A stretch of DNA of 63,687 nucleotides, the filler included, from Phoronis australis (Eukaryota; Animalia; Phoronida), in the NCBI GenBank assembly GCA_002633005.1. It is 8 parts of 8 records of this genome, joined end to end, with 100 filler letters (N's around TTAATTAATTAA, not from the genome) between each part and the next. Parts side by side here need not be neighbours in the genome. Positions count along the whole stretch, not along the records: positions 43,086 to 56,714 come from NMRA01001578.1; positions 56,815 to 59,306 come from NMRA01003648.1; positions 59,407 to 62,444 come from NMRA01003261.1; positions 62,545 to 63,687 come from NMRA01001917.1; 4 more parts are not named here. One strand, 5' to 3'. Made by a program: the position numbers and the translations under genes. Numbering within the stretch: the stretch's first letter is position 1; every line of letters begins with the position of its first letter. Under the pieces are notes generated by a model that did no database searches, had not been told where the DNA came from, and saw only the letters and a program-made list of their open reading frames with translations. Of the stretch, positions 51,921-63,687 are shown piece by piece.

Positions 51921-53958
51921 GGAAAATTAAAAGAATTATTCAAAGTATGTCATATCCTTCTGTTCCGTTATTTTGCTATAGAATCGGAATAAGAATCAGA
52001 ATCTGGAATGTTTTTGCATGCCTTGGCTTCATAGTACAATAAACTATAAAACTAACAAAAGCCAGCTCTTAGCAATGTTACTCTTCAAATATAGAACAAC
52101 AGGTTTTTTAGTTCACTACTTTTATGTCTTTGGAATAAGCTAACTATTCTTGCATCGTCTATCATGTTCGTCAGCGCGCACGTCACCCAGGACAGCGGGT
52201 CGTTTTCACCACTGATGTCTAGTGTTGCAAATGTAGTTTTTTCACCTATGCTAAAGACCTGCGCGCTGCTGTTTCAATTTAAAGTTTACGCACTGAACAC
52301 GTAAATCGAGGGAGTATTTTTCTCAGATAAATGTTTTAAACAGTACGCTGTTTTTCACACTGCAGTTTCGTACAATATAATTGACATTTATTCGGATTAA
52401 TAATTACATAGTGCCAATTTTAAGCGTAACAGGGCAGTAGTCTCTAACGAAATTCTCGTAAAATAAACCAGTGTCACCTGGTCCATATATCTATACCTCT
52501 CCCAACACGTAGATAGGTCTATAGGGTACCATTTTCATACAATACTCCCAGTTGTGCCTGTCGCCTGTCCTCATATTGTTTCCGTAACCTATCATAACAC
52601 TGAATTGGATATCTAATAGGCTTCATCCGAAGCCGTGTTGTCCGATAGAGAATATGCTTAAACATACAGGAAGTATACAGCGTATATCTCAAGTTCCGCA
52701 CTTGCCATTAGCCTTGTCATTTGTTGAGACCCCAATTCTCTGCACCATACCTTCAAATTAGTAGACTCATGCTTAACAGCTTTTATCAAGTTTATTGGTT
52801 TTTGAGCCTGCACGGGAAATGCTTTGTAGTTTTGACTCCAACAGAGACCTACAGAGAATGTAGTATTTCCTTGGTTTCAATTAATTTATCGCCAAAGTAT
52901 CATTTTCCATTTTCTTGCAATAAGTCGAAAAAATAGACACTTTTCGTGTGAACAGACGGCACCACCACGCTTGTAAGCGATAACATTATTTTTATTTAGA
53001 TTCTCTGTAAAATGCACGTTTTCGTTGCAGCTCAATTGCAGTCATTCAGTGTCTCCATTCAATACCAGATCATCCGCAAACAATAGACAGTAAAACTCAT
53101 ATCAGTCAGCACCATCATTAATTCCTTTGCCACCATGCTCTCTTCAGGGACTAAACATAGAAAAATGTGTTACAAAAATACATCATTACATAACCTATAT
53201 ATCCCCTTGACCTGCTGCACATATAACAAGCAGAATTACTTGTCAAGAGTTTGTAAAATGCGTGAGTTGAAATAACAATCGGTTGGCTTTTTTTTAATTA
53301 AGGGATACCAAGCAGTATTTTTGGCCCATTACAGACAAACGCTAAAAACGAAGTTTCCATCTAGTTTTCCAAAACAAATAATGCCATGTGACTCTAGGCA
53401 ACCCAGTTTGGAACAAAATTTGAAAACTCCTCACAGAGTCTGCTAAATGGCCAAGCGTGGCCTACGCTTTCAGGCGAACTATACGGCAAACTGTAGGGAC
53501 AGATCATCCAACAACCATGATAGGCTATATCTGTGACACGGAGAGTGTGAGTTTTTAGTTAAATCCTGCTTGTATCATTCAAACGGTATGACAGTGATGC
53601 AGACGACGAAAACGGAGTCGTAGTGCGCAGCGCCACTGCCGATCGCCTGGGATATCGCGGGAGAGCCTATACTTAGCCATAGTTCCGTTACGAAGGCGCC
53701 GTGTTACGAATTTGTCACTTGAAATTGGATTTGAGCGGTATGACAGTGATGCATTAGTAGATGACAGAACGAGGATTGGTTGAAATCACTAAAACAGGGT
53801 TTAGCAACCTTTTAATAAAGAGTTACTGTCAGTCACTTTTTGCTCCTCTTTAAAAGTTGCAACATTTTCCAGAATGCTGGGTACTTAAATACGCGTCGAT
53901 AGAAATGCCGTCACTTTGACTACCACTTTACCTATGGGGGCCACTGCAAGGGAATGCG

Positions 53959-54211
53959 TTAGTCTATAATTTCAGGCTCCTGCCTTAACGTGTCTTTCAA
54001 CGTTTCCCAGAATGCCTCTTGTCCCACGGCATCGTCTGCTGGCCACTTCAAATATGTGCGTGTTCGCAACAAATTTACCAGTGTGAGGGGAGCGTCTTGA
54101 ACGGGTACGTCTTCAAGTAGAATCAAGATAAGAACGTCCTTCTGTTGTTGACGAAAGACATTACGGGCCATGTGCATTTCAAATATGCACCATTCACTTT
54201 GAAGAAAATTT
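53959..54211 (-). CDS. Toll-like receptor, terminal exon (C-terminal half of the TIR domain)
   Basis: TTTGCTTTCAG acceptor; NFLQSEWCIFE...LILILLEDV...TYLKWP...FW TIR motifs; stop at 53959. Confidence 0.9.
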
Positions 54212-54957
54212 CTGAAAGCAAACGTTGAGAAAAAATAATAACCAAAACAAGCTTCCAAACATATGAAATTGTGATTTACTGTATCATCAAACGTGCAATT
54301 TTACATGTATTCCAAAATCCGGTAGCATTGAACGAAACTGCAATTAAAGCTAAATATATGAAATCACTTATCAGTCAATACAAATGCAGATGAAGCAGGA
54401 GACNNNNNNNNNNNNNNNNNNNNNNNNNNNNNNNNNNNNNNNNNNNNNNNNNNNNNNNNNNNNNNNNNNNNNNNNNNNNNNNNNNNNNNNNNNNNNNNNN
54501 NNNNNNNNNNNNNNNNNNNNNNNNNNNNNNNNNNNNNNNNNNNNNNNNNNNNNNNNNNNNNNNNNNNNNNNNNNNNNNNNNNNNNNNNNNNNNNNNNNNN
54601 NNNNNNNNNNNNNNNNNNNNNNNNNNNNNNNNNNNNNNNNNNNNNNNNNNNNNNNNNNNNNNNNNNNNNNNNNNNNNNNNNNNNNNNNNNNNNNNNNNNN
54701 NNNNNNNNNNNNNNNNNNNNNNNNNNNNNNNNNNNNNNNNNNNNNNNNNNNNNNNNNNNNNNNNNNNNNNNNNNNNNNNNNNNNNNNNNNNNNNNNNNNN
54801 NNNNNNNNNNNNNNNNNNNNNNNNNNNNNNNNNNNNNNNNNNNNNNNNNNNNNNNNNNNNNNNNNNNNNNNNNNNNNNNNNNNNNNNNNNNNNNNNNNNN
54901 NNNNNNNNNNNNNNNNNNNNNNNNNNNNNNNNNNNNNNNNNNNNNNNNNNNNNNNNN

Positions 54958-56714
54958 CGCGAGATCTCCTGGCCGCAAAGACAATCCAGAATTTGATAGT
55001 CCATCGATATCGGTACAGAACACCTCCAAATGTAATTGATAAAGCGACTCCTATTGCCACTGTAATAGAAATAACTCTCCATGTAAGCTTCTTACACTGG
55101 TCATTCAGTCGCTTTAAGTCGACGTTCTTGATGTAGGCACCGCTGCGGCAGAGATACTGGTCACTATTCAAGAGAGTGACTGTCCTTGGCTCTGGCGACG
55201 CATTATTGAACCATTCCAGAAATGGAAGAAAGTGACAAGATGTGCAATTGAAAGGATTTCCGGAGAAGTCGATCGAAATGTTTTTCCCATGCCATAATTT
55301 CAACGCGCCCTCGGACACAAATCGGATTTTGTTGTTCACGAAGTTAACTTTTTTCAACAGAGGCATTCCAGAAACATCCAGGTAGGGATCGTCAATAAAG
55401 TTTTGTGAAAAATCTAAAAACTCTACAGACTTTTGTACAAAATTTGTAGCTGAAAACAGCCTATTACGCCGAAGAACAATTTCCTTAATTACTGGGAGTT
55501 CACGGAACATATCTGGATAGATTTCAGCCACTAGATTATTATCCGCCAAATCTAAATGCTCTAAGTTCTTTAGATACTTGAAGTGCTTGGTTTTCTTATC
55601 GCGCAGCATGACGTAAAGTCTATTTCCCGTAAGCAACAGCTTTTTCAGGGAAGGGGTCGCTTGCCAGCGGTATGGTTTTATTGTCGCAAAATCGTTGTAT
55701 CCCATATCCAGGGTATGGAGGGCATTCAAACACGGGTACGTAGGACCGTGAATTGGCCAGAGTTTAAAATAGCAATGGCTTGCGTCAAGATACTTTAACT
55801 TGTTCGGGTAACAGTCTAAGTAGTAAACAAAATCCCCCGGACGGAACAGGCCTTGGAAAATCACTGTCTCCAGGTTTTTTGGTAATGAAAATTTGTCGTG
55901 GATTCCACTATTTGTTTGTACTCTTTTTCTGCGAAATGTGTCTATCCCGCCACGGCGCTTTCGTGGTTTCCCATGGGGTGCAATCCCTCTATATGTGGGA
56001 AATGTTTCATAAGACGACTCATATTCAGACGATGACATATCGTTGTGATCGCTTCCAAGCTTCCAATAACTAACATCCACCATTGTTAAATTTACCATCC
56101 GTAACAAGTTGACTTGAAGCGTAGCAAGATTAGAAAGATCTCCCGCGGACACCAAATTATTTTGACCGATGTAGATTGTTCTCAGATGTCTGAGATATCT
56201 TCCAATATTTTCACTCTCTATAAATGCAATGTGGTTTTCTACAGCAGAGATGTTTTCTATTGGTAAGTGAGCAAACACGCGAGTTTCGTTTTGGGACAAC
56301 TTCACGGGATGTGAAAAATGTTCCAGGTGCTCTAGGTCAAGGTGGGTCAAAGGTGAATGAAGATGGCGGAGTAAATTAATGGCAGGTTTCAAACCCAGCC
56401 GGTTATTCTGACCAAGGTCTAAACTCCGCAGTCGAGTAAAGCCCGACAACGCCTTTTCCTCCACTACGCCCAAGCGACATGACCTCATGGAAAGTACTTT
56501 AATTGTGCTTACGTGTAAAAAAGTGTTTTCCGGTACCAATAAATCGTTTTTGCTCGTTTTTGGAGGAAAAATAATCAATCGTTCCAGTGACTTGATAGAT
56601 TCAAATTCTTCATCAAATGTCTTTACTTTGTCGAGTGTACCATCCAGGCCAAAAGAGACTGTTCCATTATACACAAAGTCGATAGAGAGATAAGTCAAGT
56701 TATTCACATACGGC
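54958..56714 (-). CDS. Toll-like receptor, LRR ectodomain + LRRCT + transmembrane helix (5'-partial; 3' end in N gap 54404-54957)
   Basis: Multiple LxxLxLxxN repeats, a single juxtamembrane cysteine cluster NPFNCTSC...YLC...C, TM VISITVAIGVALSITFGGVL and YRYRW stop-transfer. Confidence 0.93.
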
Positions 56715-57546
56715 NNNNNNNNNNNNNNNNNNNNNNNNNNNNNNNNNNNNNNNNNNNNTTAATTAATTAANNNNNNNNNNNNNNNNNNNNNNNNNNNNNN
56801 NNNNNNNNNNNNNNGAGAGCGCACGCGCTTTAAAACTGCACCACCACGATTTCACTAGTACTTTGATTCTAAGAGACCTACTTTTTTATGGTCCACAGCG
56901 TTTGCGCACGAAACCTTCTTTTTGTAATGCTTATTATACTTTTTATATTTTATGCAATCAGTTCGTAACGAATTTGTTGTATTTAAAATATTCTTCAATT
57001 GCCCAAAAGACCAAATCCGTTTTTTGCGTTGGAATTAATGACGCGATTGCTTTGGAAATCGTCTCAAGTTAAGGTTTGACAAAAAGATAATTATGAGTTT
57101 CTGAGTGATTCACTAAGGCTTCGATTAAAATTCACATCTTACCAGCAGCTTCTGTTTTTTTTCATCGTCACTCACATTCCATTTTCTTTAAAAAATGAAG
57201 AAAAAATTTCTTCATTGCACAGTGAAGCAGACAACGGAAACGGAGTCGTATTGGGCAGCGCCTCTGCCGGTCGTCTGGGATATCGCAGGAGAGCGTGTAC
57301 TTAGCCATAGTTCCGTTACGATTGCGCCGTGTTCCAAATTTGACACTTGAAATTGGATCTGAGCCCCCNNNNNNNCCAAACACACTAAAACTGCACACAC
57401 TTACATGTAATTATTGTTTCAGCCGTATAATGTTAATTAACGGGTTAATTAATAAACTCAACATTTTCCTACACTCTTGCTGTTTTATTTTTTGCGGCAG
57501 CCAAGGTGGGAGGCGGAGCGGCCCTCTGCCCCTAAATCCGCCTATG

Positions 57547-57935
57547 TACAAAGACTTACTGCTACAAACTCTTACTCAAAAGAAATTAGGTACTTCACAT
57601 TCGTCTTTGTGCTCTCTCTGTGAGAAGAACGAAGAAGCAATTCTACATTCGTTTTGGGAATGTTCACTTCTTTGGGATTTTTGAAGTTGTTTAAAAACAT
57701 GAATGACAAATCAGTGAGAGGTCCCTCTGCATTTAATATGTCTACAGCCTCGTTTGGAGATCCAGCTTGTGGATTGGAAGTTGTAAATGTAATTCTTTGC
57801 TTTGCGGAATTTAATTTCTTTAGGCAAAACTTGCAAAACGCTAAGCCCAAAATTCAGCATTTTTAACGGAGATGTTAAACATCTAAACTGTTGCTGGGGA
57901 AAACATTCATGTAACTTTGGTACATGACCAGTTTG
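57547..57935 (+). mobile_element. L1/Tx1 LINE 3' fragment (CCHC zinc finger)
   Basis: CSLCEKNEEAILHSFWEC; abuts a MITE end (CCCTAAATCCGCCTATG). Confidence 0.65.
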
Positions 57936-59406
57936 TTTGTATCGACGGAGGTTGATGTATCAGAAAGTGTGCCGTAGGAATTTACAGACCAAATCAACGA
58001 AAGGCCTCCATTTGTGGAAAACTTTTAAGACTAGTAGGACTTCAAATGGTGCTTGTCGCTTTCGTGGAATCACTCCATTCCCAAAATCGCAATTGTGTAA
58101 GTTCTACCGATCTAAATAAAATCGTCGACTCTTACATTTATATGCTATTATTCAAAAGTTACGGGGACGTCGTTATAAGAAGTCATGCTTTGAGCAGGGC
58201 GTGCTCATCATACCCCTATGAAACGTCATGGACACCCCGTTTATATATTTTTTGCTATCACGGATTCGTCACGGTTACGTCGTGGTTAAAAGTCATGCTC
58301 TGAACACGGCATGCTCATCATATCCGCATGACACGCCAAGGTTACCCACTTTGCACATGCTATCATGAATACCACACGGGTACAGTGTACGTTGACGCAA
58401 AAGAGCTGCCACGTTCATGAAACTACACCTGCATATACATGTATTTGCAGGACCTTAAGAACATATCCAAACTAAAGTTTGATCCTTCACTTTTTACTAA
58501 TTTCTACTAATTAGGTCACGTGACCTTGCTATTTCAATAAAATTCAAGGAGCAAGAAAGTTACGTTCACAGCAAAACAAAAAGTTCAATAACATGTCCAA
58601 ATTGTCTTTTATTAATCTCCAAGATAAGGTTAAAATGCTGTAACGGTTCCTTGTTTTATGCAACTTTATGTTTTTTCATTAAAATCATATAAATCCTACT
58701 TTTGATAGCCTCTAATACAAAAGTGACACGTTTCCTAACAGTGGTCGTTTTGGAGAAAAAACTTATTTTCCACGATCAGAATGAAGACCAACAGTAATAC
58801 CTTACACTAAACCGCTTTAAAACGTTCCACGGGTAGCAGACATGTTTTTTCAGCGCGCGACAGGGTTATGCTGTAGCAGATAGCGCCCTCCACTGCAGAA
58901 CACATGTAGCAGTTTAATCCAGAATAATTTCATTTACTGCAGAAAATGATTGATTAGAAACATGTAATTTATTCATACAATACCACAAAATGTTGCACTG
59001 CACAGTATCTACTGACAAACATGATGACCCTGGCTTCGGTCTAATTCACCAAAAGACTGACCGAGGCGCTCCAGTGTAGACACAAATCTTACGTTTTTTT
59101 CACGACCTAATCTTAGCACGGCTTTTGTCTGCAACCGAACGAGGTTGTCAAGTTACGGAAACCAAAAAGCACCTCACCAGGAAGTCTAAATTTTTCGAAG
59201 ATCACACAACAGCCATCGGGTACCGTGTCGAAGGTGCGACCCGTTTCAACCACCTGGCATTCGTCTTTTCCCCACTGAGAGATTAAACAGTCTGTCATAA
59301 TTTGGCNNNNNNNNNNNNNNNNNNNNNNNNNNNNNNNNNNNNNNNNNNNNTTAATTAATTAANNNNNNNNNNNNNNNNNNNNNNNNNNNNNNNNNNNNNN
59401 NNNNNN

Positions 59407-60057
59407 CCACCCTCTCCACCCTTACAGTCACAGGCATGTGAGTCACCCTCTCCACCCTTACAGTCACAGGCATGTGAGTCACCCTCTCTACCCTTACAGT
59501 AACAGGCATGTGAGCCACCCTCTCCACCCATACAGTCACAGGCATGTGAGCCACCCTCTCCACCAGTTTGTGCACTATCTTCATCTACATGCCTAACAAT
59601 CTCATCACCAACTGCTAACATGTCTTTGCTAAAATTTCCCAAACTATCTCGTGTTGACAGGATAGATATAGCGTTGTGACCAAAGATATTCGGGCACTTC
59701 CTGAGAGTTTCTTTAATACTGGGCACGTGAATATTGACAACTTGAAAACCAAACTTGTTCGATGTGCCATGTACCGAGCTTTCAAGATGTGCCGCTCCCT
59801 GGAGATTGGGTGTAGGTAACAGTTGCATGTCCATTGACTTGGTGCTGGCTGAATGTGTGTTGTTCACTTCCATCTTGGTGCTGGCTGAATGTGTGTTGTT
59901 CACTTCCATCTTGGTGCTGGCTGAATGTGTGTTGTCAACTTCCATACACGAGTTAGACAAAAGAGCGAACTGACTGTAAGTTCCAGTGGGTTCATCAGCG
60001 GATAGAGAATGGTAGCGCAAGGCCTGTTGTTTATCTAGATCAGAAACAGACACACGA
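59407..60057 (-). CDS. Candidate large low-complexity internal exon with two 36-bp coding repeat arrays
   Basis: TTTACTGAACAG acceptor and about 216 codons open to the segment end. MEVNNTHSASTK x3 and GGEGxSHACDCK x4-5. Confidence 0.5.
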
Positions 60058-63000
60058 CTGTTCAGTAAATAAGTGCAATGATGACAACAAGACAGTCAAC
60101 TGCGTTACAATGCAATATCTCATGATATTCTGAACTCTCCAGTTCACCTGCTACTGCAGAATGATTCCCTTCCCATTATGCACTCGTGCAAGGGAATGAG
60201 TATAATGATTGACTGCCAGTCGGTATACAGCTGTGTCCACATCGGTTCAACAGTGGCAAACCAATGTTTACATAGTCCAGCTCTCTTATTGTCCGTTTTC
60301 ATCTGATAAACTCATGTAATCCAGCAATTATGTTATAAACAGCGCACCGATATTTAAAAAGACTATTAATTTGCAAATGACTTTCAACAAATGTCGTGAA
60401 GCAGATGTGTTTTGTATGAAATACTTTCCCCAACAACCTCAAATGGAGAAAAACGGTTGACTTCCAGAGAAATTAGACTTAACTTTCACCTGATGATTCC
60501 TTTGAGACCTGTGACCAGCATAACCACAGTATTGTGTATCAACACAAAAGGCTTGCTTGACAAGTTTAATCCAGTGTGATTCTAGATTAGATCATGAAAG
60601 TGGAAATTTCATGATTTTTACACTCCAGGAGAATGACACATGCAATTGTTCAAACATTATTTTATATAATTAAAGCAATCAAGATGGAGCAAACAAACCG
60701 TTAAACACTTTAACTAATTGGTATTATTTATGTGCACATTTATCCACAGTTACCCATAATGCCTCTGTGTGAGCGTCTTATATCAGGAGCTTGATGTACC
60801 TCCTACAGAAATACAGATATTAAGGTTTCTTTATTTTGAAACGAGAGCAATGCAGACCCTTGAAATGTGTCCACGACTGCACTGCAAGCAGTATGCTTCT
60901 AAAGATGTTTATTAGTATCATGAAAATGGCGCACAGATCACCAAATCAGGTGTTGTAATCTTATGAAAAATCTGTCAAAGAACTAAGATACAGAGACAAA
61001 TTTAAAGTAAAAAATTAAAATTCACAATAGGTGGCACGGTAGTAGTCAAATCAGTCCAAAACTCGTGGTCACCTGTTGTCAGCTTCATCAGGAATACATC
61101 AGTCAAATTCTATGATGATAATGCAAGATGATCATGGCCAACATACATCCCTGTCATATGTATGTATGTGCATAAACACAAATTAACTTAAAAAGCCTGT
61201 GACTAGAGTTGGTAATGGGAATGGAATTTTGTAACACTGTCCATGCCATAAACATTCCCACTAAATAAGATTGCCCCAAGCCCCGCCGATCAGGAAAAAC
61301 TGTGTGGTTTGGCCGATTGAACTAGACCATATGTATCCACCTTGGCTGTGTCGCGCTGAGCTCACGATCAAAGGGATCCCGCCTAGCTGCTCTATGCATC
61401 GAGTCACGAGCGAGGATAATTGGCTTCACTCATGCAGTTACGATCAGCTGATTACAATCTAGCTTAGATGACCGTACTTTTTATGGAGAGCGTTTTACAT
61501 AGTTTTGAGTGTAATATTTGAAAAGAGAGAAAAAATGTTGATACAACTTTGAATTTTTCAAATCGGCCCAGAATAAGAGATTTAGCAACAGCAACACTCA
61601 CGACATTACTTTCATTCGGCGCGCACAAATACAAAAATATAGGACACAAGTTAGGATAATACAGAACTACTCTGTATGTTTAGATTTTGAAATGCATGCA
61701 TTGCAATATTCAAAATACGTTTATTAATAGCTCTTAAAAGTTGTAAAACAACGTTGTTTAATTTCATTGTGCTCATTCCATTGTAATCCGTCAAATCGGA
61801 AATTTCCGAGATGTGATCTGCGGCGTGCGCGTATGTATACAAAACACGGGATCGTTATGTTCCTGAAGTGCGAACATTAAGAAACTTTAGCATGCCATTA
61901 TTATTGACGGATACGATAAAACACTTGTATTTTGACGATAGTCTTGATACACCGAGCTGGCTAACTATAGGTACCACTGCATCAGTGTCTCCATTAGACC
62001 CAGAAATTTCACACAGCCCGGATAGTTCAGCTTGTCACCCATGTAGATTGAGCCTAGGATTATTAATGTTAAACTCCACGGTTGAGCTAGCGACTGTTGG
62101 CCTGTGCACATACAATGTGTGAGTTAACCGTCAATCACCTTGCACGTTGCAGCCATTTAAGCGAAAAACAATCTAATAAACGCCATTTTCTTGCACTTGC
62201 ATAAATGTTTATGGCATGGATTAAGAATGAAAAACAGACATGTAATTAAAAGCTGGCCTTCAAGCGAGCTAAACTAGACGGGTTCAAAACAACATTACGT
62301 ACCTTTGACATCAACAGAAGGGGATGTGCTCTCACATAATAATGGTGCCGAGGACGAAGCTTTAGTGGTCACCTGTTGACTGCATACACCAGCACTCTGA
62401 CACATAAATCAAATCATGTTAGTTGAAAACCACATGTATTTTTCNNNNNNNNNNNNNNNNNNNNNNNNNNNNNNNNNNNNNNNNNNNNTTAATTAATTAA
62501 NNNNNNNNNNNNNNNNNNNNNNNNNNNNNNNNNNNNNNNNNNNNCGGGCCTTCCTGGAGCACAGGTGAGATTGGGCAGCGTCGCCATTACTGGAAAAGGA
62601 TGACATCACATAAAACTGGGCCATTAATGATTTACATGATATTAGCAACTTGTTACACCCTTTAATTGATTTAACACAACGAACAAGTTATTGCCACTAA
62701 ATAACCAACAAGTTATTGCGACTAAATAAAACAATTACCGTCTGGCATTTCATTTCAGGGGAACATTGGTTTACCAGGGGATACAGGCCTTCCGGGACCA
62801 CCCGGGTCTAAGGTATGGCACTATGGTGAGCGCTTGATCGTTCCTTTTCAATTAAACATGCTTTACCTATGCCTGGGTTAAGGTCTACATGTTCGAACGA
62901 TAGGTAATTTACGATGCATGTCCGAAACTTGCGTTGGTGTGGTAGATGAATGTAAAACGACGCAGACAAGCCATCGACCATCCAGCTCCCCGAAATAATG

Positions 63001-63092
63001 CTTCTGCGGGATGACAACGTATGTGGTTTGAACGTCATGATAGTCCGTAATAGAATGAGATCCACGTGAAGCTTCTGGATTATGTAGCTATC

Positions 63093-63205
63093 TGTAGAAT
63101 AATAAGAATAAACTAGGTTTATTGGGAACACTGAAACTACGTCGATCTGCAATCGTAAGATGGTCGTCCGTGTGTGACCGTAATGACAAAGTCACTTATA
63201 CTACA
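63093..63205 (-). mobile_element. 3' LTR (113 bp) of a Ty3/Gypsy retrotransposon
   Basis: TGTAG...CTACA termini and internal AATAAA; directly follows the polypurine tract GAGGGGGAGA (63206-63215 on -). Confidence 0.75.
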
Positions 63206-63326
63206 TCTCCCCCTCAAGTCTCTTAAAGATAAAATTACACTAAACGATACAACAACAAAAATAACACAACTAATGAACGCCAAGTTGGAATTCATAATCA
63301 AAAGTCATCGTTCACTATCAATATCA

Positions 63327-63687
63327 TCAGTCCTCAAATCCATAACGGATGGGTGGTTTTCGAACACGGTGGCTTGGACTACGCAGCGAATTAGTCGGTG
63401 AAGTTGGGAGTACCGCCGGTACTGAATCATCGGGTGGTGGTGGCGGCATCATCATGACATCTCGCCTATTTCGCGTTATGCTACCTTTATCAGTCTCGAG
63501 AGTCACGGAGCGGTCCTTATCCTGCACCACAACTGCCGGACGTTTCATATCGCGAATCATTACCGACTGACCTTCATGGTATGTAGGAATCTCCCGTGCA
63601 CGGTGCCGGGAATCAAATGCTTTTGCCATTTGAATTTTGTAGTCGTGTTCCTTTATCCGCAGGGAGTCACGATCGAGTTCGACTGGT
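63327..63687 (-). CDS. Ty3/Gypsy Pol polyprotein C-terminus (integrase tail), 5'-partial
   Basis: FDSRH...GQSVMIRD...RSVTLET..G.ITRNRRD...RVRKPPIRY, typical of Gypsy integrase C-termini; followed by PPT and LTR. Confidence 0.85.
   Translation of the reverse strand, partial: PVELDRDSLRIKEHDYKIQMAKAFDSRHRAREIPTYHEGQSVMIRDMKRPAVVVQDKDRSVTLETDKGSITRNRRDVMMMPPPPPDDSVPAVLPTSPTNSLRSPSHRVRKPPIRYGFED

Noticed and set aside
51601-51930. Gly/Asp-rich 109-aa ORF
   Set aside because: Explained by a (GGT/GAT)n microsatellite.
59113-59306. Possible YqaJ/transposon protein C-terminus
   Set aside because: Only a faint resemblance over about 60 aa at a contig edge.
61650-62400. Coding-like stretches and splice-like sites on the - strand
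   Set aside because: Interrupted by stops, and no phase-consistent exon chain to 60057 could be built.

Overview
Eukaryotic, intron- and transposon-rich animal DNA. It is probably from an invertebrate such as a mollusc or other lophotrochozoan, inferred from the repeat families and TLR type. The window is not one locus. Seven identical 100-bp spacers (44 N + TTAATTAATTAA + 44 N) join eight segments: 1-16848, 16949-21341, 21442-26751, 26852-42985, 43086-56714, 56815-59306, 59407-62444 and 62545-63687. Host genes: six phase-consistent exons of an ABCC1/MRP1-like transporter (3315-15085, +); a complete 7-exon, 384-aa gene that the ORF track shows only as fragments, with a divergent F-BAR-like helical region and a Ser/Pro-rich tail (28506-33890, +); a Toll-like receptor (53959-56714, -) with an intron inside the TIR domain and a non-LRR ectodomain loop carrying two furin-type sites; and the signal peptide/LRRNT start of a second LRR/TLR gene (44773-44947, -). 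Mobile DNA: Helentron/DINE-like elements with an internal array of CTCF-like motifs, Kolobok (THAP), ISL2EU-like, pogo/mariner-like and hAT-like MITEs with 5-bp TSDs, an Academ relic, L1/Tx1 LINEs, HERO/NeSL LINEs, Penelope fragments, and a Ty3/Gypsy 3' end with a 113-bp LTR. All family assignments come from reading motifs by eye; no database searches were run.
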